From IMG/VR virus record IMGVR_UViG_2778261505_000002: a DNA stretch of 64,000 nucleotides. The stretch is one strand, 5' to 3'. The notes under the pieces were generated by a model. The model was not told where the DNA came from, did no database searches, and saw only the letters and a program-made list of their open reading frames with translations. Made by a program: the position numbers and the translations under genes. The first letter of the stretch is position 1. Each line of letters opens with the position of its first letter. The DNA comes from a virus. Its lineage: Duplodnaviria; Heunggongvirae; Uroviricota; Caudoviricetes. Positions 17,465-28,900 of the stretch are shown in pieces.

Positions 17465-19039
17465 ATGGAATTGAACGACAAACAAATTAAGGATCTGGTG
17501 GCGCGACGCCACCCGGAATACGAAAAGAAAAAAGAACATTGGGACTTCCTCGCCAGCACTTACGCTGGCGGGCGTGGTTGGTTTACAGACAATATCTTTC
17601 GTTACTTTAAAGAGGGAGATCAGGAGTTTAAGGAGCGTGTTGAGCGTGCCTATCGCTTCAACCACACTCGTGAGGTGGTAAACCTCATCAACAAATATCT
17701 CTTTAAAGAAGACATTCATAGAAATATCGAAGAGGCACCAGAGCAGATCCGCAATTTCTGGAAACGTGCGACTCGCCAGAATGCCTCTATTGACTCATTT
17801 ATGGCCGCCATTGATTTGCAGTCGTCTATTTACGGTCGCATATGGGTTGTTGTCGATAGCACGATGAGTGGTGATGTTGAGTCAGTAGCTGACGAGAAAA
17901 AGAAAGATGCTCGCGCCTACGCCTACTGGATTTCACCTCAGCAAATGCTGGATGTGGCATGGGACGACGACGGGAATATGTTGTGGGCGTTAATTGTGGA
18001 AGTCGCTCGCGATGACGCAGATCCTTTTACTTCTACAGGTCAGGAATACCAACGTTATCGTCTGTGGACACAAAACGAGTGGTATCTGTTCCGTGAGGAA
18101 GTGAAGAAGGGCGCTGGTGGAGCAGGTCGCCGTCAGGCAAAAGTTATTTTAGAGGATAGCGGTGAGCATAATCTCGGCGTAGTTCCTGTATTTCCTGTTG
18201 ATTGTATTGGAGAAAGTGAATCACCGTATTTCAGCCCATCGTTGATCGATGATATCGCTTATCTTGATCGTGCGGTTGCAAACTATCTGTCAAACCTTGA
18301 TGCCATTATTCAGGATCAGACATTTAGCCAGTTGGCTATACCGGTACAGTCGCTTTTACCTGGTGATGAAAACCACACTAAAGTGCTTGAAATGGGCACA
18401 AAGCGAGTCTTCACCTACGATTCTGAAGGTGGAAACCAGCCGTTTTATCTGTCACCAGACCCGAAACAAGCTCAGATGATCATCACTACGATTAAGACGG
18501 TGATTAACGAAATCTACCATTCAGTTGGTGTAGCTGGTGAGCGAACGAAGCAGGACAACGCACAGGGAATCGATAATTCATCTGGTGCCGCAAAAATGTA
18601 TGACTTCCAGCGTGTAAATAGCTTGCTTGTCACAAAAGCAGAGCGTCTGGAAAGGGCTGAACGCCAAATCATGCTACTGGTTGCGAAATGGATGGGGGTA
18701 GATCTGGACGAAGACCACTCTTTAATTGCGTATCCAGAAAGTTTCGATATTCGTGGCCTTACTGATGAATTTTCTGTTGCCGAGAAACTGTCATTACTTC
18801 AGGCACCGGACTCTGTACGTCGTCACCAGATGGAAATGCTTATTGAGAAGATTTTCCCGAACATTACTGAGGCGATGAAAAAGGAATTTGATAAAGATCT
18901 CTTGAATTTTCCTCCAAAAAATGATCTAAATACCCTTGAAAATAAGTCAGTACTTACTTATGATCGTGGTGCAGCCCAAGAAAGCGGGCAAGATCAACCC
19001 CGAGGGAATGGGGACTCATCTACTCAAGAGAACGAGTGA
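17465..19039 (+). CDS. portal protein
   Basis: 524 aa ORF immediately after TerL; assignment by position and size. Confidence 0.7.
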   Translation: MELNDKQIKDLVARRHPEYEKKKEHWDFLASTYAGGRGWFTDNIFRYFKEGDQEFKERVERAYRFNHTREVVNLINKYLFKEDIHRNIEEAPEQIRNFWKRATRQNASIDSFMAAIDLQSSIYGRIWVVVDSTMSGDVESVADEKKKDARAYAYWISPQQMLDVAWDDDGNMLWALIVEVARDDADPFTSTGQEYQRYRLWTQNEWYLFREEVKKGAGGAGRRQAKVILEDSGEHNLGVVPVFPVDCIGESESPYFSPSLIDDIAYLDRAVANYLSNLDAIIQDQTFSQLAIPVQSLLPGDENHTKVLEMGTKRVFTYDSEGGNQPFYLSPDPKQAQMIITTIKTVINEIYHSVGVAGERTKQDNAQGIDNSSGAAKMYDFQRVNSLLVTKAERLERAERQIMLLVAKWMGVDLDEDHSLIAYPESFDIRGLTDEFSVAEKLSLLQAPDSVRRHQMEMLIEKIFPNITEAMKKEFDKDLLNFPPKNDLNTLENKSVLTYDRGAAQESGQDQPRGNGDSSTQENE

Positions 19040-19060
19040 TAAGTAACAAAAGGAATTTTT

Positions 19061-19948
19061 ATGAATCTGTGGCAAATGCTTTTGGCCCGTCGTGGTCTGA
19101 TGGATGTCGCTGAAGCGCATGAGCGTGGAGGCGCTGGCGGTGTAGCTGCTGATAATGAGCAGAGCACACAAGATCCTGACAAACAGGGTGAACAAAAAGA
19201 GCAGCCGAAGGGCGATGACGAATACGCTGGCATGACTCAGGAAGAGTTACTGGCCGAACTTCGTAAAACCAAGAAAGCTGGTGCTGAACTGCTGAAGGAG
19301 AACATGAAGCGCAAAGAGAAAGAGCGCACATTGGCCGATCAGCTTGCTCAGTACGGTGATATCGACCCGGCGCGTGCTCGCCAGCTTTTAGAAGCTGAAC
19401 AGGCCGCAGAAAATGCACGTCGTGAGGCGGAGCAAGCTGAACTGGAGCGTCGTGGTGAGTTCGATGCTGTTAAAAAACAGATGATCGAAGCACACCAGGC
19501 AGAGCTGGCACAGCGTGACGAACGTTATACAGCACTGGAAAGTGAAAACGCATCACTGAAATCTCAATTAGTCGAGATGACCGTGGGCGCTTCCTTCAGT
19601 AACTCTCTCTTCCTACGTGACAAAGTTCTGATGACCCCGGCAAAAGCCCGCGTGATCTACGGTTCTCATTTTGAAGTGGGTGAAGACGGTAGCGTAGTGG
19701 GTTATGACAAACCGGCAGGTCATAAAGAACGAGCTGTTCTGGTTGACGGTGAAGGTAAGCCGTTGCCGTTTGAATCCGCGATTGAACGCATTGTGCGGGC
19801 AGATCCGGAAGCTGACGCATTGATGCGTAGCGAAGCCAAGCAGGGTGTAGGCTCACATTCCAAATCGACCTACACAATATCCCAACCGAAGAACAAGTCG
19901 ACTATGGATAAGTTGGCCTCCGGTCTGGGGAAAATTGGACTTAAGTAA
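19061..19948 (+). CDS. scaffolding protein (coiled-coil)
   Basis: Charged, helix-rich, low-complexity protein between portal and capsid genes. Confidence 0.55.
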   Translation: MNLWQMLLARRGLMDVAEAHERGGAGGVAADNEQSTQDPDKQGEQKEQPKGDDEYAGMTQEELLAELRKTKKAGAELLKENMKRKEKERTLADQLAQYGDIDPARARQLLEAEQAAENARREAEQAELERRGEFDAVKKQMIEAHQAELAQRDERYTALESENASLKSQLVEMTVGASFSNSLFLRDKVLMTPAKARVIYGSHFEVGEDGSVVGYDKPAGHKERAVLVDGEGKPLPFESAIERIVRADPEADALMRSEAKQGVGSHSKSTYTISQPKNKSTMDKLASGLGKIGLK

Positions 19949-19973
19949 CATCTAAATCAAAGGGAATTGATAG

Positions 19974-20852
19974 ATGCCATTACTGCGTGAAGAAGCTGAA
20001 AAGCTGTCTAACAACGAACTTGAACAGGGTGTGATCGAAACTATCATCGATCGCGATGACCTGTTTGCCATCCTGCCTTTTATGAAAATTAATTCAAAGG
20101 CATATCTGTACAACCGTGAAAAAACGCTGAGCGAAGCTACTTTCATTGATGTGAACGACACCATCACCGAAGGTGCAGCAACCTTCGAAGAGAAAGTTGC
20201 GAAGCTGCGCATTCTGGCTGGCGACGTTGACGTCGACAAATTCCTGGCTACCACTATGGCTGATACCAACAACCAGCTGGCTATCCAGGTTCGTCAGAAA
20301 GTCAAAGGTCTGGCTCGTGCCTTCCGTCGCAATCTGATTGTTGGCGACTCCACCACTAACAACAAAGCCTTCGACGGTATTCCGAAGCTGATGCATGACG
20401 ATCAGAAGATCGACATCTCCGGCGCATCCATGACTTTCTCTATGTTCGACGAACTGGTCGACGCAGTTAAAGATCTGGGCGCAGACTGCATCATGATGCG
20501 TTCTGAGCATCTTCGCGCATATCGTGCGCTGCTGCGAACTGTAAACGTAGGCCCGTCCGAAATCATGATGGAAAACTTCGGTCGACCAATGCTGTGCCAT
20601 AACGGCGTTCCGTTTATCGTAAACGACTTCATTCCGGTTGTGGACTCCACCAAAGCGGATATCTACTGTCTGCACCTTTCTGAAGAGAACGGCGTTACTG
20701 GTCTGTATGGCGGCGACAACGCAGGTATCGTTGTTGAAAACATTGGTACTGTACAGAACAAAGACGCAGTACGTACCCGTGTGAAGTGGTACTGCTCTCT
20801 GGCGAATAAGCACGATAAGGCTATCGCTGCACTGACCAATGTAAAAATTTAA
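19974..20852 (+). CDS. major capsid protein
   Basis: 292 aa ORF after scaffold, followed by a strong terminator. Confidence 0.7.
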   Translation: MPLLREEAEKLSNNELEQGVIETIIDRDDLFAILPFMKINSKAYLYNREKTLSEATFIDVNDTITEGAATFEEKVAKLRILAGDVDVDKFLATTMADTNNQLAIQVRQKVKGLARAFRRNLIVGDSTTNNKAFDGIPKLMHDDQKIDISGASMTFSMFDELVDAVKDLGADCIMMRSEHLRAYRALLRTVNVGPSEIMMENFGRPMLCHNGVPFIVNDFIPVVDSTKADIYCLHLSEENGVTGLYGGDNAGIVVENIGTVQNKDAVRTRVKWYCSLANKHDKAIAALTNVKI

Positions 20853-20886
20853 TCAGTGTGGTAGATAAGTAATTATCTATGTTTAA

Positions 20887-20912
20887 GGGTGGGCTATACG
20901 CCCACCCTTTTT
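20887..20912 (+). terminator. rho-independent terminator
   Basis: GGGTGGGC-TATAC-GCCCACCC followed by TTTTT. Confidence 0.8.
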
Positions 20913-20925
20913 GTAGGAGCAAGAA

Positions 20926-21846
20926 ATGCCAGAACAAAAGATGAAGATTACGGAAGAGGCATTTTCGGATTTTACGGGGCATATGTGCCGCGCCGGATTT
21001 ACCAATTCTATCTCCGATGAACCTTTAACCGAGCGGCAACAAAGTCAGCTATCTGCTTGTTTGCAGGCGGTTCCCTTCTCCCAATCCGTAAACATAACTC
21101 CGGCTTCACCATCAGTTTTGGTTGGGAAAACTGTTCAACTTAGTGCAGGTATTAGTATGGGTAAGAGTGCCAGTTCATTTACCTGGAAGTCAGCCAATGA
21201 TCAAATTGCAACCGTTAACGGCACTGGATTGGTAACTGGCGTAGCCCCAGGCAAAGTAAAAATTACTGCAACTGATCAGGAAACCCAGCTTTCCGCTTCA
21301 GTGGAAGTCACCGTAAATCCGGTAGCCGTTCAATCCGTAACGGTAACGCCAGAATCAACGTCTGTTGAGAAAGGGAAATCAGTCAGTCTGAAAGCGAATG
21401 TTCAGCCGTCAAATGCGACGAATAAGGCTGTTACCTGGTCTTCCAAAAATGAAGATAAGGCAACGGTAGACCAGAGCGGGAACGTAACTGGTGTAGAAGT
21501 TGGCACTGCGACGATTGAGATCGTTTCCCAAGATGGTAGCAAAAAGGCAACTGCAACGGTGGAAGTAACTGCGCCTGTTGTGGCTGTTACAGGCGTCGAA
21601 ATCGACCCAAATAGCACAACCGTTGAGGCAAACAAAACTGTTCAGCTGACCGCAAATGTCGAGCCGGCAGGAGCCACAAATAAAACCGTTACTTGGGAAT
21701 CCAAAAATACCGAGTTTGCAACGGTGGACAGCGAAACCGGTGTTGTAACTGGTGTTGCGGCTGGCACTGCCACAATCGAGGTTACTACCCAAGATGGTAG
21801 CCACAAAGCGACAGCGACCGTAGAGGTCACTGCCGCACAGGAATAA
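20926..21846 (+). CDS. Ig-like (BIG2-type) repeat protein, capsid decoration candidate
   Basis: Three tandem Ig-like repeats with VTGV..GTATI pattern. Confidence 0.65.
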   Translation: MPEQKMKITEEAFSDFTGHMCRAGFTNSISDEPLTERQQSQLSACLQAVPFSQSVNITPASPSVLVGKTVQLSAGISMGKSASSFTWKSANDQIATVNGTGLVTGVAPGKVKITATDQETQLSASVEVTVNPVAVQSVTVTPESTSVEKGKSVSLKANVQPSNATNKAVTWSSKNEDKATVDQSGNVTGVEVGTATIEIVSQDGSKKATATVEVTAPVVAVTGVEIDPNSTTVEANKTVQLTANVEPAGATNKTVTWESKNTEFATVDSETGVVTGVAAGTATIEVTTQDGSHKATATVEVTAAQE

Positions 21847-21890
21847 CCGACATTGGGCGGCGAAAGCCGCCCAAGAGGAGAGAAAGCGTT

Positions 21891-22325
21891 ATGAAACCAG
21901 CAAAAATTGTTTTATTAGAACCGCAATTTTCCGGTTATTCGGGAATGCTGTGCGGCGTTCAGTTCGAGAACGGGGTGTCCGTAGCGGAGTTGCCTTTTAT
22001 CGATCAGCAAAGGATTTGTGCCTCAATGCGAGCATCAACAGTCGAGGGCAAAAATGTTTCTCCGTCTGCCGCATACAGTGATCGTGGCGAGTTGACCGCA
22101 GACCTGATTACCGAGCCAGCAGCACCTGACATTGTGCCAATGAAACGTGGGACACCAGATGAACCGGCCAAACAGATCCAGACTTTCACACGAGAAGAGT
22201 TGGAGTCAATTGCAGACAATGAAGGCATTGCCGGTCTACGTGTGATTGGTAATCAGGTTGGTGTCAAAGCAAAAGGAATTGTCGAGATGATTGAAGGCAT
22301 CCTGAAAGCACAAGGCGGTGAGTAA
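21891..22325 (+). CDS. hypothetical virion protein (144 aa)
   Basis: Position in head module. Confidence 0.45.
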   Translation: MKPAKIVLLEPQFSGYSGMLCGVQFENGVSVAELPFIDQQRICASMRASTVEGKNVSPSAAYSDRGELTADLITEPAAPDIVPMKRGTPDEPAKQIQTFTREELESIADNEGIAGLRVIGNQVGVKAKGIVEMIEGILKAQGGE

Positions 22326-23158
22326 TGGCGCAGATCGACTCGTATCGTAGCGGTGAAGCTGTTTCCCTTTCATTTGCCTTCAACGTGCTGGATATCGAAT
22401 CTGCTACCTACACAGTAAAGGACAGCACCGGGGCTATTCTCGTTGATGGCGAGCCGCTAGAAATTACCAGCGGTCAAATGTCGATTCCGGTTGTCGTGTC
22501 GGCTGAATATAACCAGCTCTCTGAGAAAGAACGCGATCTGCGGTACGTCATTGTGAAGGCTGTTGCATCGGGTCTGACGCATGAAGAGCGGCAAATGTAT
22601 GTTCTGCTGAATAGTTTTGAACTGTCGATACCAGAACAGTCGTTTGCAACTGTCGCTGATGCTCAAATGCAGGCGATCGATATGCTGAATGGGGACACTT
22701 TGCTGTCGGATGGTGAAGGCTTAATGCGCAAGCGTCTCATTGAGGCTACCAGACGAATTAAAACTTTACCGTTCTCAATCCGCAAAATTCTACGTATCGA
22801 CTTTGACCGATACGATCGCCCTCAAAATATGCTGAATGTGTATGACATTCCGTGGGGAGCAGATGGAGCGTACCGGCATGATTTAGTCGATTGGGAAAAG
22901 ATGACGCAGGAGAAGTTTGAAGAGTTCCCTGACTACTTCAAAGAAGCGTTGATGCTTGCCGTTGTCAACGAAGCGTGTGAGATCGCAAATGGCAATGATG
23001 TAGCCGCAGCACGAGAGGATGGCATTTTGTCAGAGTCCATCGGTGAAACAACCAACATGTACCGTACCGGTAAAGCTGCAAACGTGCATGTGGCTCGCAG
23101 TACCTGGCGCTTGCTGGTCAGTTACATCAACAACCGTATGATTGTTCGCCGTGCGTAA
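22325..23158 (+). CDS. hypothetical virion protein (277 aa)
   Basis: Position in head module; ATGA-type coupling to upstream gene. Confidence 0.45.
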   Translation: MAQIDSYRSGEAVSLSFAFNVLDIESATYTVKDSTGAILVDGEPLEITSGQMSIPVVVSAEYNQLSEKERDLRYVIVKAVASGLTHEERQMYVLLNSFELSIPEQSFATVADAQMQAIDMLNGDTLLSDGEGLMRKRLIEATRRIKTLPFSIRKILRIDFDRYDRPQNMLNVYDIPWGADGAYRHDLVDWEKMTQEKFEEFPDYFKEALMLAVVNEACEIANGNDVAAAREDGILSESIGETTNMYRTGKAANVHVARSTWRLLVSYINNRMIVRRA

Positions 23159-23237
23159 CGCCAGTCGCATTATTTACTTTTGGTCGAAAGGTTTTTTGGC
23201 CAGTAATGAGAGCGACCGACAACAACAGAGAGAGAGC

Positions 23238-23582
23238 ATGAATATTTCGTGGCAAACAGAAATTGCGATCTACCGCTTTGGCGCAAAGAACGTTTACGGC
23301 GAGGCGCAATTACAATTCGTCAGGAAGACGAATGTCGGCGTGGTTAAGTTCGAACAGAGTAATGAGAAATCGTCAGTTCGTGCTGATAGCTCTGGTAGTC
23401 GTGGTAAGGCGAGTCTGGAGCTGTTTGATGCTGTGTTAGTTGTCCCTTTAGAAGCGGCTGTACAACTTGATGATGTGCTGATCCTTGAAGGTCAAAAATT
23501 AAAGGTGTCCAGTGTTCATCGCCGCTGGGGGCTACGAGGAAGACCTGGGCATCTTGAAGTGGGGGCGAATATATGGGTCTGA
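23238..23582 (+). CDS. head-tail joining protein (putative)
   Basis: Track ORF 23142 trimmed to ATG 23238; position. Confidence 0.4.
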   Translation: MNISWQTEIAIYRFGAKNVYGEAQLQFVRKTNVGVVKFEQSNEKSSVRADSSGSRGKASLELFDAVLVVPLEAAVQLDDVLILEGQKLKVSSVHRRWGLRGRPGHLEVGANIWV

Positions 23583-24046
23583 AATACGATGCGCATCAGT
23601 TCAAACGTGCGGGGAATAGACTCAATAACAGCCAGAAAGCATTTAAGCGATATCTTATTCGGGACATGGAAAAGCTGGCGCGTTTGGTTGAGCGTCTCAG
23701 CCGTGCAATGGCCCCGCTGGAAACCGGATCTCTGGAGACAGCCATCTTTGCCAGGGTGATTAAAGAAGGTTATTCAGGGCTGCGCATTGAGCTTTCTGTG
23801 TCTGGAGCAAAACCACGTCAGGGGCATCCGGGCGTAGAAGTCGGTGACTATGCTAAGTACATGGAGCTGGGTAAATACCGACTCGGTTATCTTTCTCGAA
23901 TGAAGAACGTGACAAACCCACCAATTGCCGGTGTTAAACCCCGTGTTGGGCCACACTTTCTGGAAAGAGCGGTGGAAATTAGCGAGAAGCAGTTCTCAGA
24001 AGCGATTCTTGAGGCTGCCAGAAAAGCCGGTTTTACGAGAGGTTAA
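23573..24046 (+). CDS. head-tail joining / tail completion protein (putative)
   Basis: Position. Confidence 0.45.
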   Translation: MGLKYDAHQFKRAGNRLNNSQKAFKRYLIRDMEKLARLVERLSRAMAPLETGSLETAIFARVIKEGYSGLRIELSVSGAKPRQGHPGVEVGDYAKYMELGKYRLGYLSRMKNVTNPPIAGVKPRVGPHFLERAVEISEKQFSEAILEAARKAGFTRG

Positions 24047-24047
24047 T

Positions 24048-24431
24048 GTGTTTATTGAAGCGTTTGCAAGTTTGATGCAGAAGGCAAAGATTGGCACGGT
24101 CGGGGCTGACATTTTCTGTCACTACTTGCCTGCCAATGTGAAATCTGGCGTCCTGCTTATTAACCCAAATACCGGTATCAGCATCGATCATGAGCTACAG
24201 GGCTTTTACCACGAATCATTCACAATAATTGTGCGTGGTTCGTCAATTACTACGACGGTTGAGAAAGCCAATAAAATCATTGAGATGTTTCCAGTAGAGG
24301 AAACGGAATCTGGTGGTGTTTATTTTCGACTGGTACGACCGATGGCGATGCCAATCATTTATCCCAAAAATGATGGAGCATTAATAGAAGCAGGCATTCC
24401 TGTTGAATTTGCTGGCTATTTATTGAATTAG
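24048..24431 (+). CDS. tail terminator-like protein (putative, GTG start)
   Basis: GTG 24048 with GAGAGG RBS; no in-frame ATG until 24075. Confidence 0.4.
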   Translation: MFIEAFASLMQKAKIGTVGADIFCHYLPANVKSGVLLINPNTGISIDHELQGFYHESFTIIVRGSSITTTVEKANKIIEMFPVEETESGGVYFRLVRPMAMPIIYPKNDGALIEAGIPVEFAGYLLN

Positions 24432-24505
24432 GTTAATCGGTAAGTATATACTTACTGTTAGCGCAATGAATGCGTAGAATTAACGGAAAAAGGAGTTTTC
24501 CATCA

Positions 24506-25252
24506 ATGTCTAATACCCATGTAAAAAACATCAAACTTGGTGCCTGTAAGGTGTCGTTTGGTGGTGTGGATTTGGGTTACACCAAAGGTGGTGTTCAGGT
24601 TGAAGTAGCCACTGAAACGCTGAAAGTCACTGTCGACCAGCACGGCCAGACAATTATGTCAGAGCTGGTGCAGGGTCGTAACATTACCATTACTGCGCCG
24701 CTGGCCGAGTCTGTGTTGAAAAATATGGTCGATCTGATGCCGGGGTCTACTCTGAACGAAGACGACAACGCTGTGACCATCACTTCCGCACAGGGTGTCA
24801 ACCTGATCGACGTAGCCAAAGAGCTGGTTCTGACTCCGCAGGACACTACCGACTACGTTCTGACCATCCCGAAAGCTGCGACCGCAGGTAACTTCACCAT
24901 GACTTACCAGTCTGATGATGTTCGTGTGTTCTCTGTTCAGTTCAGCGCATACCCTGATGACGAAGGCGTTCTGGGAAGAATGAGCGGCCCTAAACCGGTA
25001 AAAACCGTGTCGATCAAACCGGAATCTCCAACTGTAAAAGCAGGGGAGACTGTGCAACTGACAGCCGAAATCACTCCAGCTGATGCCGCAGACAAAACCG
25101 GTGTTTGGGAATCCGAAGACCAGGAAAAGGCCACGGTAGATCAAACGGGTCTGGTACGTGGTGTGGCGCAGGGTTCTACAAATATCTCCTTCACCAGCAA
25201 TAGCGGTGGTAAGAAGGCTACTAAGTCAGTAACGATTAACTCCGCAGGTTAA
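24506..25252 (+). CDS. major tail protein with C-terminal Ig-like domain
   Basis: ATG 24506 with AAGGAG RBS; C-terminal Ig-like segment; precedes chaperone and tape measure genes. Confidence 0.7.
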   Translation: MSNTHVKNIKLGACKVSFGGVDLGYTKGGVQVEVATETLKVTVDQHGQTIMSELVQGRNITITAPLAESVLKNMVDLMPGSTLNEDDNAVTITSAQGVNLIDVAKELVLTPQDTTDYVLTIPKAATAGNFTMTYQSDDVRVFSVQFSAYPDDEGVLGRMSGPKPVKTVSIKPESPTVKAGETVQLTAEITPADAADKTGVWESEDQEKATVDQTGLVRGVAQGSTNISFTSNSGGKKATKSVTINSAG

Positions 25253-25265
25253 TCAGTAATTAAGC

Positions 25266-25292
25266 AGAGGCTCAGGATGAGCCTCTCTTTTA
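25266..25292 (+). terminator. rho-independent terminator/attenuator
   Basis: AGAGGCTC-loop-GAGCCTCT followed by CTTTT. Confidence 0.6.
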
Positions 25293-25307
25293 AAAGGATT
25301 TTAACCA

Positions 25308-25625
25308 ATGACCAAATTACTCGATCTCGATTCCATTCTGCCTCCGAAGAAAAGCATCAAATTTGGTGGCAAAGAATATCCCATCGTTGAAATGACCGTC
25401 GGCCTCTTTGTTTCCATCAAGCAGATGGAAGGCAAAGATCTCATGAACATGTCTCCTGTTGAGCAAGTGACAGCTTATGCAGATCTGGTTCGTAAGGTTA
25501 TCCCTTCAGTACCTGACGAAGTTCTTGAAAAACTGACTGTTCCGCAACTCCAGCAGATCTTCACCTTCGCTATGGAAGTGATTGATGAAGAAAACGAAAA
25601 AGCGGCTGGCGAAGGGGCAAAGTAA
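25308..25625 (+). CDS. tail assembly chaperone (G-like)
   Basis: Small acidic protein directly upstream of tape measure; A-run slippery site near its 3' end. Confidence 0.65.
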   Translation: MTKLLDLDSILPPKKSIKFGGKEYPIVEMTVGLFVSIKQMEGKDLMNMSPVEQVTAYADLVRKVIPSVPDEVLEKLTVPQLQQIFTFAMEVIDEENEKAAGEGAK

Positions 25626-25975
25626 TTTCCCGCGATGAATCCGGGACAAGGACCGTCTCAATAGATCTCGGATTCTATTTCAGTCGTGTAGTTGCTCACT
25701 ACGCCGTGTCGCCATTAGAGCTACTGAACGTTCCTCTCACGATGTTCTGGATGCTCAGTCGCAATATAGACCGTCTGCGTGCGGAAGAGGATGTCCGCAA
25801 CTTACAAGTCGCTCGTGCGTCCCAGGCGGATGGCGAGGCTGTGAAGGCGTTCATGGAGGGTTTGCAACTCAGGATTGGAAGACCAGTCGTAACAGATAAA
25901 GTCTACGATCCAAGCCAGGATAAGGCAGACCCTGACGCCAAAGAGCAACTGATGCAAATATTTGGCAGAGGATGA
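25598..25975 (+). CDS. tail assembly chaperone frameshift extension (T-like; expressed as G-T fusion by -1 frameshift)
   Basis: -1 frame is open from just after TGATGA at about 25585 to 25975; GAAAAAG slip site at about 25603-25609. Confidence 0.5.
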   Translation, partial: KSGWRRGKVISRDESGTRTVSIDLGFYFSRVVAHYAVSPLELLNVPLTMFWMLSRNIDRLRAEEDVRNLQVARASQADGEAVKAFMEGLQLRIGRPVVTDKVYDPSQDKADPDAKEQLMQIFGRG

Positions 25976-25982
25976 CAAGGGA

Positions 25983-28900
25983 ATGTCACAAAACGTAGAG
26001 TTTATCCTGTCGCTGGAAGACAAACAGTTTACAGCGTCAATCGATCGTGCGGGGAAACTGCTTACTCGATTTGGTGAGCAGGTAACAAAGCCTGCTCAAA
26101 AAATCCAAACCTTTGAACGCTCTTTGGGTTCGGTCGCCCGTATCATTGGCGTTCTGGAAAGCAAGCTCGATTCTACGGCAGATAAACTACAGGATGTAGC
26201 TGCCGGTTTTGAGCTTGCTTCAGATGCTACGCGTAAAATGCGTGGCAACATCACCAGCCTCAATTCTGGTCTTAAAGCCCTGATTGAGCGCGTCGATACG
26301 ACAACTTCTTCAGTAGATAAACTCACCGCGTCATTACGTAAAGTGCAATCAGAGCTAAATGATTTCTCTGATTGGGCGACCTATGCAAGCAAAAGCGCAA
26401 GCCGCTTTGGTACGGAGGTCAAAGAAGCCTCTGCGTCCGTGAGTGGCATGAATACGCGCCTTAATACCACGACGAAGCGACTCAGTAATTGGGGTGTCAC
26501 AACGAGTCAGGCTGCCGAGGGACTGAAAAAGGTTCGTGAGCAGATGGACGAAGTTATCGGACGTCAGCAACTGATTAGCAAGCCGGTACGCGTTCGTACA
26601 TCTGGAAGTGGCGATGGTGGCAGCGGGCGGCGTAGCGGCTCTGGCCATAGCGGTAAAAGTAACGAAGGAGGTATGTTCTCTGGCCTTCGTGGCAACATTT
26701 TCCTGCTTGGCGAGATCGGAGATGCAGCCAGAACGGTTACTGACATCATGTTTGGATGGCAGAAGCCTATTGTTGAAGCTGCGGCCGAAATGGAACGTAT
26801 GCGGGTGATGCTTCGAGGGTTGAATAAGGAGAAGTCCAACCCGGGCCAGGCTGCTGCTGATGATATGAAGTACATCGTAGACATGGCTCAAAATGCGCCG
26901 TTCGCGATGCAGGCGTTAACAGATTCCTTCGTGAAGTTTCGTTCTGCTGGCTTAGATCCAACCGATGGCTCTCTGAAGGCGCTGGTGGACTCCGTTGCTC
27001 GTTTTGGTGGTGATAGTGAGCTGTTGAAACGTGCGGCTGTGGCCGTTCAGCAGATGTCCGGTAAGGGCGTCGTGTCAATGGAAGAGCTACGTCAGCAATT
27101 AGGTGAAGCCGTTCCTAACGCGATGCAGGCAATGGCAGACGCCGCAGGCATCACTATGGGGGAACTGACTAAAGCCGTTGCCAGCGGTACGGTTGAGGCA
27201 AAGCAGGCGTTGTCTCTGATGTTTGTTGGTCTGCGTGCGGAGAACGAGAACGCAGCGAAAGACATGATGCAAACCTACACAGGTGCGCTGGCGCAACTTC
27301 AGACGTCATTCACGTTATTTGCTGATCGGGTTGGTCAGGCCGGATATCTGGATTCTCTATCGAAGGGGATGAAAGAACTGGCTTCAATCATGAATAGCGC
27401 CGAAGGGATTTCGTTTGCCAATTCTTTAGGTTCGGGGTTAACAACGGCAATCGATGGGTTGCGTCAGCTTGCTCAATGGTTAGCAAAGAACCAAGAGCTG
27501 GTAATTAATCTCGGTAAGGTCGTGGCCGCGATGGTTGCGTTCAAACTGATGCGAGCAGGGATCATGGGGGTAGTTGGCGCTGGGAGCCAGATGGTTAGCA
27601 CCTTTGCCACGATGGCGACCGCCATACAGACTCCATTTAACCTCGGCGCTACAGCAGTAACTCGATTCAATCGTGCGGCACGTATGGGGCTGGCTCCGAT
27701 CCCCTCTCTTATTTTCGCCATCCGTGGGGCGATTACGGGGCTTAAAGGCGCTTTTGCTGGATTAACGGCGTTCATTGCAGCAAACCCTATAGGGGCAGCA
27801 TTTACAGTTGCCACTGTAGCTGTTGCTGGCCTAATCACGTACATGACCATGCTCCGCAGCGAAACTTCAAAGGTCGTTGACGAGATTAGGAAAATACCAG
27901 AAGCGATGACAGCGGCCAAACGTGCACAAATGGCCGACCGCGCAGAAAAGCTCGAAAAGCAGATTCTTGCTGATCAACGAGCATTAAAAACTGGTGAGGG
28001 TGTTAATTACGTATCTAACTCTGCCGGTGTTATTACTCACAAAGAGTCGAAGGCTGACATCGAAGCACGCCTGAAAAAAAATCAGGAAGAGTATCAAAAG
28101 ATAACCGGCACGATAGCTCTTGGTGACGGCGCTGTAGCAAAGCGTTTGGCTAAAGAGGCTGCCGAATCTCAGATTGAGAAAATTCGAGCGGAAAACCAGA
28201 TTTTCGCGGCAACATTCGTGAAAGCCCGGCAGGAGGCTCTGGATAAGATCCAGAAAATCAATGATGACGGTTCACTTTCAGATGACGAAAAGAACAAGCT
28301 ATTGGCACCGTTACGTGAAACGGTAAACAAAAGCTATCTGGAGCCTGCGCAAAAACTGGTTGATTCACTTTCTTCTCGTAAGAATGCGACCGAGAAGCAA
28401 ATCGCGACTCTTAATGATCAGCTTGAAAAAGCCAAAAAGGATGGCAATACCGAGCAAATCCAGAAACTGCAAGGCAGTATTCGTGGTTATCAGGAGCATT
28501 TGGAAGCCGTTGCTCAGGAACTTACTCAGGCAGAGTTCGAGAGAGATAACGCGGCCAAAACTGGTAAGGGCGTAATGTCAAACCAGGGGACTGTTCTTGG
28601 GTTAGGTACAACTGATAAAGCTGCTCAGAAGGCGTTGGCGCAATATATGCGAAACCAGATGGATTCTGCGACTTATCAGCGTACTTTGCCTGACGGCACT
28701 CCGATGATGGACTTCGAAGGTAAGCCGATTATTGGGCCTAAACAACTCAAGACGCAGCTTAATTTGCAGAAAGCATCCAGTGCCAGCTCTCTGGAGAAAA
28801 TGAGCGATGAAGAGCGTGCCGCAGCCATTGCTGCACTGACTAAAGCTCGTGAACAGGATGCAGCAGCTGCCGAGAAAGCAGCCCAACGATCAGCTAACGC

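Noticed and set aside
26355-27919. Antisense and alternative-frame ORFs within the tape measure gene (for example 26355-26891, 27473-27919)
   Set aside because: Embedded in a long, well-supported CDS; no independent start signals.
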